Assembly: GCF_000002075.1 (NCBI RefSeq)
Contig: NW_004797359.1
Location: 1,073,137-1,137,136, forward strand
From: Aplysia californica
Taxonomy: Eukaryota
DNA length: 64,000 nucleotides
Direction of reading: 5' to 3'
The notes below the pieces were generated by a model. The model made no database searches. It saw only the letters and a program-made list of their open reading frames with translations, and was not told where the DNA came from. Shown piece by piece: positions 25,010 through 40,000 of the stretch (its first letter is position 1; each line of letters opens with the position of its first letter). Made by a program: the position numbers and the translations under genes.

Positions 25010-28000
25010 GTATGCATTTATTGGTACTGGTGGTTTTCATGAGAATATGTGTTGGATTGCATTTCATGTCATGAGTTTAGTAAAATAGTAGAATTAGTAT
25101 GTCCAAATTACACCATACACATGATAAAAGAATTGTTGATGTTTGTCAATTAATATGTAATCGCAAAGAACTTTGATCTTTGTGGTTTCAGTTAAACTTG
25201 CCATATAGGAACTCTGTTAGTGGAGCACAGTATTTGACCTCCACTAACCCTTCCCCCTTTCAAGTAACCTGCCTCAGATGTTGTTATTGATTTTTTATTT
25301 AATTTATTTTTTTTATTGTAGACCTAGTGTCTGATGGAACTAAAGATACACACACCTACTTTGTAAATGATATTTTACGAAGTTCCTTGCAAAATTTAAG
25401 AACAAAAAATCCCCATGTTTTTTTGTGATTTTTCTCTTGTTGTATTTTTTAAGTGTTAATTTTTGTCCTTTTTTTCTCTTCAATTAAAGTGATGAAGAGC
25501 TTCTTAGTGACACATCTGGGATCACAGCATTCCCAAAGACAACTGAGGTATGTATGATTTGCTATGAGGGGAAAGAGATAAATTTCATCATGGGACGACA
25601 TCTTATAAAATTATTTGTATTTTGCTTTGAAATTGTTCTCACTTATACTCAATATACACTCTCCGTTGTTGTGGAAAAACAGCACCATAAAATTGTAGAC
25701 TTAATTTAATGGTATTGAGTTTATTCTGTGTTGCTGACTGCATGCAGTGACACTAACTTTAAGCACTGTGTGGAGAAGCAAAGCAGAATAAGCAAATTCT
25801 GTTAGAGTTGAGTGCTGATTGTAATACTTTTTTCATCTGCAGTGATATGGGTCGTGATCTGAAACAGGTTGTTTGAGGCAGTTTTACTGTTTGTTTCAGC
25901 TTGATCTGTTAGGAGATGATGGAGAGCTGGATGAGGATGCATTGCTGGGCATGGATGAGGCAGGAGCAAAGGCCGTGTCTATTTCCTTTGCAAATGATTC
26001 TGTGAGACCGTTGATGGGCAGGTTAGAATCAATTGTTTCTTTACTAACATGTTTTGTTTTTTTTCTCTTCTCTATACTTTGAGTATTTGATTATTTCATT
26101 GTACTGTCTAACCAGTTTGTAATTGTGTTGCAGCCTTTATTTAAATTTGATGTTTCAAAGCTTGTTGGTTGGTGGTTGGCGGGTGCTGTGGTGTGGTTTG
26201 CTCTTTCTTTCTTATCAAACTTCTATCATCCTGATCTCTCCTCCTTCTTGTTTATGTTTGTTACTCTCTTGTTACACCTCTAATCTTTGACACTTATATG
26301 ACCTTATTGTGTTGCAAATGCTGTAAAACATTTACTAAAACAAAAAAAAAAGCTTGTTGAACACTGGTCTTCAGTGGACAGTGCTTGTTTGCTTATCAGT
26401 AAAAGTCACAAGTTGAAAGTCCTGCAATGCTGTGTTGTACTCTGATTGAATAGAGAGTGGGTAAGATGTTGATAATTTGTGGTTAAACCGTAGTAAGTAC
26501 TAATACTAGAGCACATTTATATATCTGATTCTGATTCTTGTTCACTGGTACGGATTTACTTAATCTTGCACATATCACCCCAGAGTCCACAAGCCATTCA
26601 ATAACTTTATTTTTTCACAGGCAACATTCTCATCTTTCAAGAGCAAAGAGCTCACATGCTGTTGGGGAGGTAAGAAATATTGGATAAAACTTATGTAGCT
26701 CTGTCTTTGGAATGTGTATAGCATCCACACATAAAGCATATGCTTCTGGTCTATATCTCAAAATTAAAGGTGATTCTTCTCCCCACTCACTTTAAAGAAA
26801 AAACTGGATTGTTTTTCTGTATTTCCTCATCTTACTTTCATGACTTGATTGACTCTTACTTGTGTGTGTCATGTCACAATCTTCTATTTGAATAATCCAT
26901 GGAAGATGCCTGGGGTCTTTAAAAAAAATGGCTGTGACTGTTGGATTAGTACATTTTTAGTCGTGAAACAAAGTGCTGTTGTCAAGTACTTTGAGCCTTC
27001 ATGTTTTCATTCTGTGATCCCTTTAAGTTTAAGCTACAAAATGGTTTGATTCCTTTGCTTGCATAATATAGCTGTTTTTACTGAGCAAAGGTAACAAAAG
27101 AGAGGAAAGCTCTCCTGCCGTAAGCTGACAAACCGCCTTAAAAAAATTATGGCACCAAATTTTTTACTCTGCTCACTCGAAAGCCCGATCAGTTTCCCTA
27201 CTTATTGAAAAATCAAGGTGAAAGTGTGACTAGTTTTTGAATGAATTAGAATTCAAACTTCGGAATAATAACTTTTTTAAATGGTTAGGCTGACAAAAAG
27301 CCTGTTCATCTCGAAACTGCTGTGAATTTTTAAAAAAAGGTGTTTTGTCAGCTTACGGCAGTATTGTGATGGTGGTTTCGTTGTTGTGTTACTTACAAGT
27401 TACAATTTCTTGTGAGTTGAATGAATGAATGTGCTTTAGATGGTCATGTTCATGGATTGATTACAAGTTCACCCGTGTANNNNNNNNNNNNNNNNNNNNN
27501 NNNNNNNNNNNNNNNNNNNNNNNNNNNNNNNNNNNNNNNNNNNNNNNNNNNNNNNNNNNNNNNNNNNNNNNNNNNNNNNNNNNNNNNNNNNNNNNNNNNN
27601 NNNNNNNNNNNNNNNNNNNNNNNNNNNNNNNNNNNNNNNNNNNNNNNNNNNNNNNNNNNNNNNNNNNNNNNNNNNNNNNNNNNNNNNNNNNCTACTCCTC
27701 GTCAGCATACAATTCCAAACAAAAGTATACTTTCTGTAGTGGAAGAATAATAATAAAGCATTGTCAAAAACGATCTTTCAACATCAAAAGATCTTAAATT
27801 CCTTAAATAAGTAAAGTCTTTGGTTTGCTTTTTTTTATTATAATAGTATCTAGATGATTATTCTGAGTTTAATATCGATTGTTAGTCCCTGGTATATGTA
27901 GTTTTGGTGGCATCAACTTGTTTTCCCTTAATGCGAAGTAAAAGAATTCTTTCCAAAATAAAAAGTATCGTTTTCTTTGTTCTAGTTACTCAAATGAGAG

Positions 28001-31000
28001 GAAGCTTGTTGTCCCTGGCAGGTGAAATGTTCTCTTGACAGGGAGGGACTGTTGAAAGGAATTTATGTTATTCTCCTTTTTTATTGTCCTCAGGTCAACA
28101 CAGGTGTTGATGAGCAAGCTTTTGTCTTTGAAGATACAGACACAGCTGATCTAGAACATGAGCTCAATGCTGGAGAGGAGGAGGATCCTGCCTATTCTAT
28201 GGGAGTTGAGCAAAGTAGAATGTTTGAAGTCACAGGTGAATGATAGTTTTTTCAGTGCCTGGCAGGACACTATACTCATTCATTGCTTACTGCAGTAGTA
28301 AGAATAATTTCTTTGAGATCAGTTTAATATTCCCCATATTTACATAGGTTTTTTTGTGGACTGGTCATACACTGTACCTTTGATGTGAGTTGTATAGTTT
28401 TTATTTACTTCTTGGGGCAGGTGAGGCAGCTGAGGACTATTTCGCTTATTTTTTTTACCAAGTTTCATCACATTTTGATTATTCATACTTTCAGTTTCTT
28501 CTGTTTTGTGTATTAGTGGTATGAGTACTCACCATTCTCTGGTTTTCTGTGATGGCTACTCCTCTCTAGTGATTGTAACTCTTCAGCACTATGCTGGGTA
28601 GATTCCAAAAGAACAGTTACATTTTTCCATTGCAGGTTCAGACCATTATCCCCAAGAAGTTGGTTACCAGGAAAATTATTCTGATAACACTCAAGAGATT
28701 CATCAAAATGAGGACTATCATGTTGACAGGTAAGTAAATTCTACATTTTCATTTTGACTGTTTTGAGATCAAGTGCCCCTTGCAAGTTATTGTAAACTGG
28801 CTATGTCATTGAGCAACAGTGTTCAACATTGGAATGGTATAAAGTCTTTTATTTTGAATGCTTAGGGCATTTCTACTGAGCTGGCCTTAAATTTTATGTT
28901 TCAAATGCCTAATGTGCCAAGTGCTGTGTGTTGCCAAATAGAATTAAGTTGGTCATGTGAGTTTCTTTTTTTAAATTTTGAAATGCTCTCCCAATTTTAC
29001 ATATTTCATTTGTGTGAAGTTAATTTTTAAATAACATAATTTTTGTTCCGATTTTTATACTTTACTACAACCTCATTATTTATGCTTCCATACAACAGCA
29101 CCGTGACTTCAGAGTCTCAAGGAGAGTATGGAGAAATGGGGTCCGCATCTTATAGTGACAGAAGTGCATTTCCTGGGACTGCTGTGTCCAGTGGCGATGG
29201 AGGGGATGATGCAGCTAATCACAGCACGGGTGTAGAGCTGGGTTATGATCAACCTACTGAACAGCATGATCAGGTGAGGAATGGAGTACGTTCTCTTACA
29301 TTCTCCTTCTATTTCTCCTTTTTCAATTTTGCTACCCTCTCCACATGCTATCTTTTGACAATATCTCACAGTAAAATGTAGAAGTCTGTCTGTCTGTCTA
29401 AAAGTGTGGTTTTAAATATTCTTTTCTGTTTAAAATGCTTTTTGAAGCAGCAGCTTACATCTGTTTGAAGTGTTAGTTTTTTCTGAAGAATTGTTGCATT
29501 TTATAATGTAAATACCTCTGCAATATACCACTTGCAGGCCAGAACATAAGCATACGTCAGTGACATGTTAGTTAGTGGTCACTTGGTTGTGTCCTTGAGC
29601 CAAACATGATAAATGTAGCTAAAAAAAAACAGGGTGCTGCACAGCTGTGACTATCAATGGCATGTTTGGAAATCTGTATATTTCAGTATGAACTTAAGCC
29701 TATATACAGGGTCGGGAAATCGGGAATTTTGAGATGGGTCAGGAGGTCGGGAAAAAGTCGGGAATTTTGTGATGGGTCGGTAGGTCGGGAAAGTATAGGG
29801 CCTGTGTAATGTGCAGCTATCTAGACTGCTTGGTTGATGAATCCTAAAGAAGAAATGTAATTGAACCGCTGTGACGGAAGTGTATGTGTGACACCGAGGC
29901 TCGATCGGGAATAATCAAAATCTGCTTTCGTTACCGCCCAGAAATTTTCCGGTAATAGTCTGATAGATAACGCAACATTTGTAACATGCAGGTTGTGCAT
30001 TATGAACGGTGTGTCGCCTTGAAAATAAATCAATATTGAAAATTGCCCTCTGCTGTCGCTTGTGGAAAAAAAGAAAAAGAAAAAGGAGTTATACAAGTGT
30101 CTTGACAGGTTCGCCCTCGTGACCGGTCAATGAACCTGTGAGTACCGGCGGCCTGAGCGCTGTGAAGTATAGGACTCCTTTATAAGATACACTCGTGGAA
30201 GGGGATTGGGGGGGGGGGGGGGAGCTGAAGGCAACGCTAGAGGACAAAAACTGAACTTGGAAGCAAATTTTTAGCATTTTGATTACTACTAGTACTACTT
30301 TAGAGCTCTCTGCAAAGCGCGCGTTGGTGCAGGCCTTGTGTGGAATCAGGATCCGTCATGCCTTGTTATTGAACTAAAGTGTTCGCGTTTCATTGGATGG
30401 GGTGATTGTAATTTATATCTAGATCTATATTTTATTAGCTTTCTGTTCAAGATTGGCAGATTTTCAGTGTCACTGCATCTTGCGCCGCCCCCCGCCCGGT
30501 TCTTACACCTCTCACACTGAATAGGTGTACTTGAGCCATTCTATTTATTACTCTAGTTTGAGTTGCAGCAATGGTTTTCGTCTTCACGTTTATTATATGA
30601 ATCAGGACACCCAGACTGGTTATTGACAGTCGATTTTCTAGTTCTAGGTCTTTTTTCAGGCTCAAAACAGGATTCATTTTTTTATATAGGGTCTATAGTT
30701 TGTTATGTTGGCTAATATGATGATGGGAAAATATAAATAAGTAAGAACAGATTGAAATACCAAAGTCTCTCAAGATCCCAGTGCCACACTGACATGTTGT
30801 TAACTGGATATAATGTACCTACATGTGTGTGTGTGTGTGTGTGTGTATTCACAAACATATACATGTATTATATTAGATATAAATGGAGCACACGCTTTCA
30901 TTGTTATGTAACGTGTTCCTGGAAAATGGATGAGGCCCCCCTTGGAAAATTGAGAAGCTGGTTTGGCAGTCACCCAGTATTATAGTCATCTATTGTTTGA

Positions 31001-34000
31001 AGACTATACTACAAAATGTACATTTGCATTCATTTATAGACATTTTGACTCTTTATCTTTGATAGATTGGCTTTTTTGGGGATCATTCTTGACGTGCAGC
31101 GGCCTGATTTTTCCCTCGAATTGGGGTTTTGACAAAAATTTGGGGGTCTTGAAAAAATTTTCCAGGATTTGGTGGGGACCCTGTATATATGTATTTATGT
31201 ACAGTTTTATATTATACCATTGTTAATCAAATTTCACCACAGGAATCAGAAAAAGTGGAATCTTAATTTTAGAAATTTTTTAACATGTTTCCGTCATAGC
31301 TGGAGTATGTTGCAGCTGTTTTCGAGGGAAGCTGTTTTGGGACGTTAAGTAGACTATGGATGGTGTTATTGTTATTTTTTTCCAAAATGTGCTCTGTTTT
31401 GCTGTATTTTCTTGTCCTGCTTCCACCACTTGATTTATCCACTAATTTATGTGCAGTCTACAGTTCAGCTGAAGTTGTTTTGTTTGTGATAATCCTTTAC
31501 AAATTTGAAGGCAACTATGTGTCAAATAATAACTCAGTAAAGCATCCTCTTGAGGATTCTAGAATGCTGTAGTTAGTTCGTAATCATTATTGGTATACTC
31601 TTCATTTGCATTGTATATTTCGATGCACAGGTGCATTTAGAGTATGCTGACGCTCAGGCAGGGGATCAGGTTCTGGTCACAGAAGATTCTGTGAGTACTA
31701 GCAAAAGTTATTGCTGCATTTTATTTAACATCTTTAATGTTTGGTGATTGGAGCTGATGTGTGTTTCGATTGGATCAGATTTCATAATTTTGTTTGTTTG
31801 TGTTTGTTAATGTTGTTGAAATAAGGGAAATTTCCTGGAAAAGAATTCTGATAAAGATATGAAATATATGGCAGAGGGAGAATTCATTGGAGATTGTCAA
31901 AAATCTTCTGTATTGAAGCTTTGGGTTTCTGTCAGTCTACCCTCTGCTCCTGACTTGGATGTACTTATCCACTTATCTGCCTACTTAGGTTTGTAGATAT
32001 GGTCAGATTGTTGTTTGATTCAATGGATCTCTTCCTCTTCTGCATGAAGTAGACTTTAAGACGCACATTTTATGACTTCTTAAATCTCAAATCAAAGTTC
32101 TTTATTTAGTTTAGAGCCATGGTATTTTTACTTTGAGTAGAACTAGTGGCAATTGTCACTAATTGCCAGTGCATCCTAAGTTTGAGAAACTCAGAGCAGC
32201 TTATTACGTAGAAAATACAATTAATGTACCCACATGTCAATATTATATTTCCTCTATTACCAGTGATAAAGAAAATGTCTAATGTACTGATGTGGCTCTT
32301 TGTCCAGCTCACATTATTTGTGCAATCTGTGTAGGATCTTTTGGAACACTTATCTTGTTTAGCTCTAAATAGTTCTTCCACCAAAAAGCATGGCAGACGG
32401 ATGACGCTTTACTGTTGTTGTTATCGATCCAGATCACGCTTTACTTACAATTTAAAAATTGCTTTCAAAGTATTAAAACAAAACCAACTTTATGGCGCCA
32501 TGTCTGATGTTTTACATCGGAATTCTTGATTCAAAGTAAAATTTTTGGTGCCGCATGTAAAAGAAATAAATTAAGAAGAAAAAGCAACCAGGAGAAAATC
32601 TCTCACTTCAGCTTAGATATATCGATCACGTGATTAAATGTATGCCTCTGCACAAACGCATTCCTTCCTCGAGAGAAAGCATCTAATCTCAGGGCCTTGC
32701 TGGTTCACTTCAGAAAGCCCCGCCAAGATCACATCAAGATGTGTTCTGTGCATAATACTATGAATACTTGGTATTAATTTTAACCGGGAAAAATTATAAT
32801 TGTAACAATAAAAGTAATCATTTCTAAAGCTTAGTCATNNNNNNNNNNNNNNNNNNNNNNNNNNNNNNNNNNNNNNNNNNNNNNNNNNNNNNNNNNNNNN
32901 NNNNNNNNNNNNNNNNNNNNNNNNNNNNNNNNNNNNNNNNNNNNNNNNNNNNNNNNNNNNNNNNNNNNNNNNNNNNNNNNNNNNNNNNNNNNNNNNNNNN
33001 NNNNNNNNNNNNNNNNNNNNNNNNNNNNNNNNNNNNNNNNNNNNNNNNNNNNNNNNNNNNNNNNNNNNNNCCCCCCCGCCTTTGGCTCTATGATTTCGAG
33101 GTGAAATCAGTTACTATTATGTGGTAAAAAATTTGTGGCACAACTTATCCTCAGATATCTCTTTAACGGGTGAATCAATGTCATCCATACTTTGAACAGC
33201 AGTTTGTATCAATTTGTCTTAACTTAATAATATTTTTCCGCAAAAATTCTTAATGAATTTATATAAAATACAATAAATCTCCGTTATGGGAAAAATGAGT
33301 GTTCACAACTCTTCCCACTTCTCACACACATTTTGCATTTGTATATGTATATGGCCTATGTCAGAGCTCACCAATTACCTTTTTTAATGGCAAAACTTGT
33401 TACAATAAATTAGTTGTATAGTGAACACATTTTTGGCACTAAAGGTTCTCAAAACATGCGTTCAAAAGGCATAATGTTGCGATTAGAAAAAAATGATGGA
33501 CTTGCTTTTAAAAGCAATATTGTCCAAGCTTTAAACTTTTAAAAAAATCTGTAAAAACCATCGACTGGGATTTTTTATTAGTATTTATTAAGGAAATTTT
33601 TCTAGAATACAGTGTACAGGTGTTTGAAAAAATACTCGTCTGTTAAGACAAATTGATATAAATCATTGTGCAAAAGTTGTAGAATCTATGTTCGATAGTT
33701 AAGGAGATATTTGACAATGAGCTGTGCTGTGAAATTTTGACCACATTAGAGGGCTTTTTTTTGCTAGACTAGAATGATGAATGGGTTGTGGGTAACTCCA
33801 GTTTTATCTCTTCTGACAGTGACACATTACTTTGTTTCAGCTTTTTGTCTCAGTCAGCCTATTGTTCTATCAGGAACTCGAGGCATGAGTTTCTGTTAAA
33901 GTCTATTTATTAAGTAATGTCATACATTTTTTTTATCACGCATTATAGTATATTGAATGACCTTGAACGTACTTGCGATCCTCAGACTGAAACCGCAGTT

Positions 34001-37000
34001 CATTATGAAAGTGAAAGCGAGAGTGATGATGAAGATTCACGTCATAATCGTGGAAAATTCAAAACTGAGAGAACTGGAGTAATTTCTCTGACTGGAACTG
34101 TCAAGAGAGCAAGCATTCCTGATACACTAGGTAACCAGCATAATAAACATTTGCATTTGTTGTATTGATTTATGTACGGTCAGTTACAGCAAATATATTT
34201 TTGCGTCTATAATTACAATATTGTTGGATTGATGCTATATTGATGGGGAAGGCAGTGGTAACTGGTTGTGGATATAAAAATGAAGTTTTTAAAATAAACT
34301 GATAATTTTCTGGAAACAGCACACTGCCTCAAAAATATGATCTCCAGCCTCTCCTCTAAGAATTGTATCAATATGGGTTTGGGGGAAGGAATTTTTTTCC
34401 CCAGAGCATTTAATTGCTTTAATTAGCGAGTGATTTTTATTGATATAAAATTTAGAAATACTTGGTATAAAATTGTGTGATAATTTGTGGTTACTTTGAC
34501 TTGAAAATCACAAGATGGAGGAAACTGTTAAGAGTACATTTTCATTTAGAATTGCTGCAAGCAACCTAGATTTTTAGTGTTGAGTAACATAAGCATAGAG
34601 AATAAATGCTACAAAAACTGTTTGACTTATCAAAGGTTAAAGAAAATTTATTTCTTCATGTTTCTTATAGAAATCGATGATGAGCAAGCAGCTCAAATTG
34701 AAAAGTTCATGAGCGACAAACCACATGGTGGAAAACCTCCTGGCCAGGGACGGGGCATGGCTCGTGGGCAAAAAGCAGGAGGTAGAGGGCAGGCTGGTGG
34801 CCGCGGCCAGCCGGGTTTACTGGGTCAAGGACGACCTAGTGCACACAGCAGGCTCGGGGCTAAGCCACCAGGAGGTGTGTCTCCGCTAAGACCGGGACTT
34901 CTACAAGGTCCGAGAGATGGACCCAGCCCTCAGAACCTCATGTCGCAGATGATTCAAAATATGAGAGCCGCCTTCCCAAGGGGTCCTCAGATGAGAGGTC
35001 CATTTCCGGGTGGGTTGTTCAACCCCAGAGCGCCCATGGCTTTGCGTCAAATGATGTTACAAGGAAGAGGGCCTTTCCCTGGGGAACCACTAGGCCCTAG
35101 AGCACCATTTCAAGGAGGCCCTGGTAACAGAGAGGGTCCCAGGGCTAACATGAGGTTTGGAGGACCCCTAGCACAAGGAGGCCCTCCAAGGGGTCCGAAC
35201 CCTCGAGGTCCCCAGCCATTGAGGGGACCGTTTCCTAATGAAGGGCCTAGAGGCCTCCCAGGAGATGGTGGACCTTTTCCAAGGGGACCTGTTCCAAGAC
35301 AAGCTCTCAGAGGTCCTCAGCCGAGGGGTCCGCCTGGCCTCATGAGACCCCAGCACCCCCCAAATGTCGATCAAGGAGGACCTGCCTTTAGGATGAGGGA
35401 ACCTGGTGGCATGATTCGTGGACCTCATCCAAACATGAGACCCTCTCTGATGGGACCTCGCCCAATGATGCCTCCAGGCATGGGCCCCCCTCGACGGCTG
35501 CTGACAGATCAAGGGAAGCCAATCCCTTCTCTAGTCAAGCCCACGTTGACTCCGCCGCAGAGTCCCCACAGCCCGAGAGGACCTTCACCACAGCAAAGGT
35601 TTGCGGGAGCGAGACCATTGGTGAGCACTCTCAGATTATTCTTGGTTTCTTCACTGTTTATTTTGTTATTTAAAAAACTGAAAGCTTAGAAGATATTTGT
35701 AATGTATTTGACGAAGACTTTGTATGTGGGTTTGCTTCTTTTTTTGTTGCTGGAAACTGAGATTTGGAGGAATGGCATTTGGAAAATTTTCCTACAAAAT
35801 CTGTGTACAGAAGTGAGACAGACTGCCAGGCCCTGGGAATCTTGGAATATTAGGCATTTGACATGAATTATTGATCCCTAGTATAAATGCAGAATTTTGG
35901 TACATTCAGTATTTGAGCTTGCAAGAGACTTAGGAAAGACCATAGAAAATGTACTTTCTTTTTCTTTTGAGCCGTTGACTTTTCCACAACTCGAATGCAC
36001 ACCTTTACATGCTGCGATGTGAATAATTTCTTATCAGTTTCATCAAAATGATTAAATTCAATGGTACCAAAAACAACTCAATGAACCAAATAAAATGTGG
36101 TTAATTTGAGGAATGGACTAAATATATTTTCTTTAAAATTTACTTTTTATCCTTAGATGCTGTCAGGACCGCCGCGGCCACTGGGAATGCAACAAGGTCC
36201 TCGTTTTCAGGGCCCGTCGTCTCTAAACCAGCAACCAAGGCCTTTGTTAAGTCCCCAGGGGGATGGGCCCAACAGAAAACGAAAAATCTATATCAATCCC
36301 CGATTTCAAGGAGAGCAGGTAAATTCCAGGCCAGTTTTGTTTCATGGGTTTAGCTTTCTCATAGTTTAGTGTCTTCTCCGAATGTTAAGTTTTGTTCAGG
36401 AATGAAACTTGCATTCCATCAAAAAATCAATGTGAGAAATATTGGGATATGACTCACTTTTAGTCATTTACGTCTTTAGTGGGAAGGACTGGTTTCTTTC
36501 ATTCTATGAATATTCCTATATGTAGCAATGCCAATGAAAATTCAATTTTTCACTTAAGCCCTTTTTTATTTGGTACCTAATAACGATTTTTCAATTCTAA
36601 GAATTATGCTTCTTGAATTTTAAGAATCGGTTCATTTATAAAAAAGTTATGGGGTTGTAAAGGTTGGCAAAATATGGATGACCCACATATAGGAAAATAC
36701 TCCTAAAAAGTGGACCACGCAGTAGCAGATTCTGTAAGAAAATTGACGATATCTCGGTAACTAATCGGAGTGTTAGAGAGAAACTTTGCTGCCCGATGTG
36801 TTTTTGGGTGTAGAAATCATTTATGCAGTCAGATTTACTACCCATTTCGTAGTTATTTTTTTATAATTAAAATTTTGGTGTACATATTACGATTTTGCGG
36901 AAAAGGGGTGTCGGGATGAGTCCATTTTATTTATAGCATCGTATCACAACTTGGGATCTTTAAGAATATATGTCGGCAGCGTGACTAAATAATTGCAAAG

Positions 37001-40000
37001 CTTTTTATGATGACTTTAGACCATGCCAACCGTAAAAGATAAGTTAATTCAATCTAGCATGCCGAACAATTAAAAATTCTTTTTCCTCGTTGAGACGCGA
37101 ACACCCTGAGACGAGATAACCTCGCCTCGGAATACCCCCATTGCGATGTTACAGGGGAATAGAGAGAAAAACAACCGAATGCACGCGCCGGCCATTGCCC
37201 TATTTCAAGTGACCAATGAACGGGCCCGGAATAGTCATGCGGGGATTTGTAGGTCACATACATTTGCCGCGAGAGTGAGGGGAAAATGGCCGGTCTCCGT
37301 GCGAAGCCCCTTTGGATAGGGGGGTAGTCGTAGATTTATGATCGGGTCTAAACAACTGCTTGACACAGAACGTTCAAATTTGAGCACACTATAGAGAATA
37401 GATAGGTCTATTACCATCTCGGCGTTGAAATTCAAACTCCTTATAGTTTTCAGTGTGCCCGATACGAAAGTGTTCCCGACACCAAAAGTATAGGTTAATT
37501 TATGTGTACAAACTTCAACATCCACGTATCATTAGTTTACCCTATTTTCTGATTGGTTGCCGAGTTTCATTCGGATTGGTTCGGAAATAAAGCAGACCGA
37601 GGTTGACAAAGTAAGCCACCTATGCTTCGGCTGGGTCTGCAAAATGGGAAAGCCCGATTGGCATTGCTACTATATGACATGCACAGCAGGCACTGGATTA
37701 GCTGTTAAATTACTCGTTTGTAGTAATACATTTAGTAACATATGATATTCTTGGACTTAGTTTCTTTAAGAATTTTTTCCTGATCCTTTCCTTCAATGTT
37801 TTGACTGCCATAAAACAATGGCAATTCAAGAAAAGCATTTTTTTCTGTGCAACATTGTGCTGATATTGTCTTGATGGAGTTATGTGAATATGTGAAAGCT
37901 TACTACTCAATTGACATATTGTGGACTGAACTGAAAATCATTTCCATTTTCAGGGACCAACAGGGATCACAAGAACCGTTCGAATTGGTGTTCCTCTTCA
38001 GCAAAAAAGGTTTCAATTTTTCAATTTTTGCCAATACTATAATGCAGAACAAAGATTTAATTTTTTGTGTGCATCTCTTATGTTTGATAATTTTCTTCTA
38101 ACTGTTCTTTGCTTGAGTTCAGGTGGCTTTTATAGAGCATCTTATGGAAGTTTTGTAACTGCATATAAAGTGCCACAGCCTTTTGTAACCTTTGGCCCTC
38201 ACCAAGTTTTTTTAGAGGTCTTCTTTCCGAATATATTTTGTGAAAAACAACAGTTAAAAACTTAAAGTAGTATATTTACTGCATTCTTTACGGCTTTTCG
38301 ATTTATTGATAGTTTAGTCATTAGCATGCAATATATTATGTTTAATATATTTTCGAGTTTTTCATTTCAAAGAATACACTGAATTGGTGAATATTGGATT
38401 GATTACAAATGTTATGTCAAATTACTTCCAGTATTAATGTATTGTCAAAGAGATATAAATATCATATTTGCACATGTGGTACAGAGCGAAGGCCCTTCTG
38501 GACAAAGCTATATACACTCAGAAGAAAGGACCAGGCACTGCCCCTGCTGTTGCTGTGAAACGAAAGTCAACAGGAGGTGAAGAGGTGCCAGTCAAATCAT
38601 ACAAGACAGAAAATCGGTCTCAGGTTTGTGTAACATTTGTGAATATTTCAGTGCAAAGTGCTTTCTTATTTTGTCCTGCTTGTTTCATGAGGCCATCAAC
38701 TCTGTTGTTTTAGGGATGGTTACGTATGCTTATAGCTTTTCATTGATTAAAATTTGTTTCGAAAATCTGCCATATTGTAATTGTTGTTTTTATCATCATA
38801 CCTTTGGGTTTGTACCTGTTTGAGCATGGTTGTCTGTGGCAGCTATGTTCTGACATACAGAACGTACTGCATTAAAGCAGGAGATGATGACATCGTTTAG
38901 TCAAATGTAGGCACGGAGTCAGAATATGTACAATGCTTTTCTTATTGTAGTTACTTAGATTGTAGTGCTGTTCATTAAGGTTATGATGCTTTTATAATGA
39001 TAAACTTATTGGGGGGGGAGGGGGGTTCCTTACTTTTTTCCCGTCAGTCAACCATTTCAGTTGGTAGTCTTGCTCTGTTCCTGCTGAATGACCACACTGT
39101 TTTGGTGACTTTCTTTTCAACCTGTAAGAATAGCCCCAGTCGTGAAGTTCACTACTTTCTTGTCTTGGCCTGCTCCCTTTAGGAACTTTGTTGTTTGTCA
39201 CAGGAACCGATGGATGAGGAGTCAAGACAGATGAAGGCTCTCTTAGACGAACAGAAACGTAGGCGGGAAATAATCATGAGGAGGAAAGAGGCTGCTAGAC
39301 AGAGGCAGGCGGAAGAGAAAAGAAAAGGACTGGAACAAAAGCAGCAGGAAGAAGGTATTGGTTGTTTGGCGTGGTAATGAAAATTTGGTTGACATTGTTC
39401 AAGAGAAGCACAAGAAGGCCTCATGTGCTTTTCACATCTTTAAGTATGCTAATGCTGGATACATTTTAAAGTACGAAAAAATCGGTGAAGTGGACCCAGT
39501 CAAAACATAGGGAATATACAGTAGTTCTCATGTTGTACCTAGAACTAGAATGTAGTTATATTATAAATGTTCTCTCAGATCGAGGGAAATTTTGTATGTT
39601 TTGTGATGTGTGTCCTCATATGGTTTTGACACATGAGTAAAAAAGATGTTGGTAACGTGCTCTTTGGTTGTTTTTCTGCTTTCCCTGACTCTGTATGTAT
39701 GCAGTATTAATACTCTCCTAAAAAGTTGTGCTTGTAAAAAAAAAAAAGATACACTTTTAAAATGTAAACACCTCAATGAAACGAGTATAACTTTGTTCTT
39801 GTTTGATTTCAGTCAAGACAGGTGATGCGGTGGGTGCACCAAAGAGTGGTGCAAACAAGACAAGTCGCAGCGGCCCTGTGTCTTCAGCAAGCCAGCGACC
39901 GAACATTACTCTCTCCAGGCCAACTGGTGTTGGGAGGAGGATCGAGTCTCGGTTGGGACCTCCGCCTTCATCAGCACCATCTGCAAGAGGACCAGTAAGT

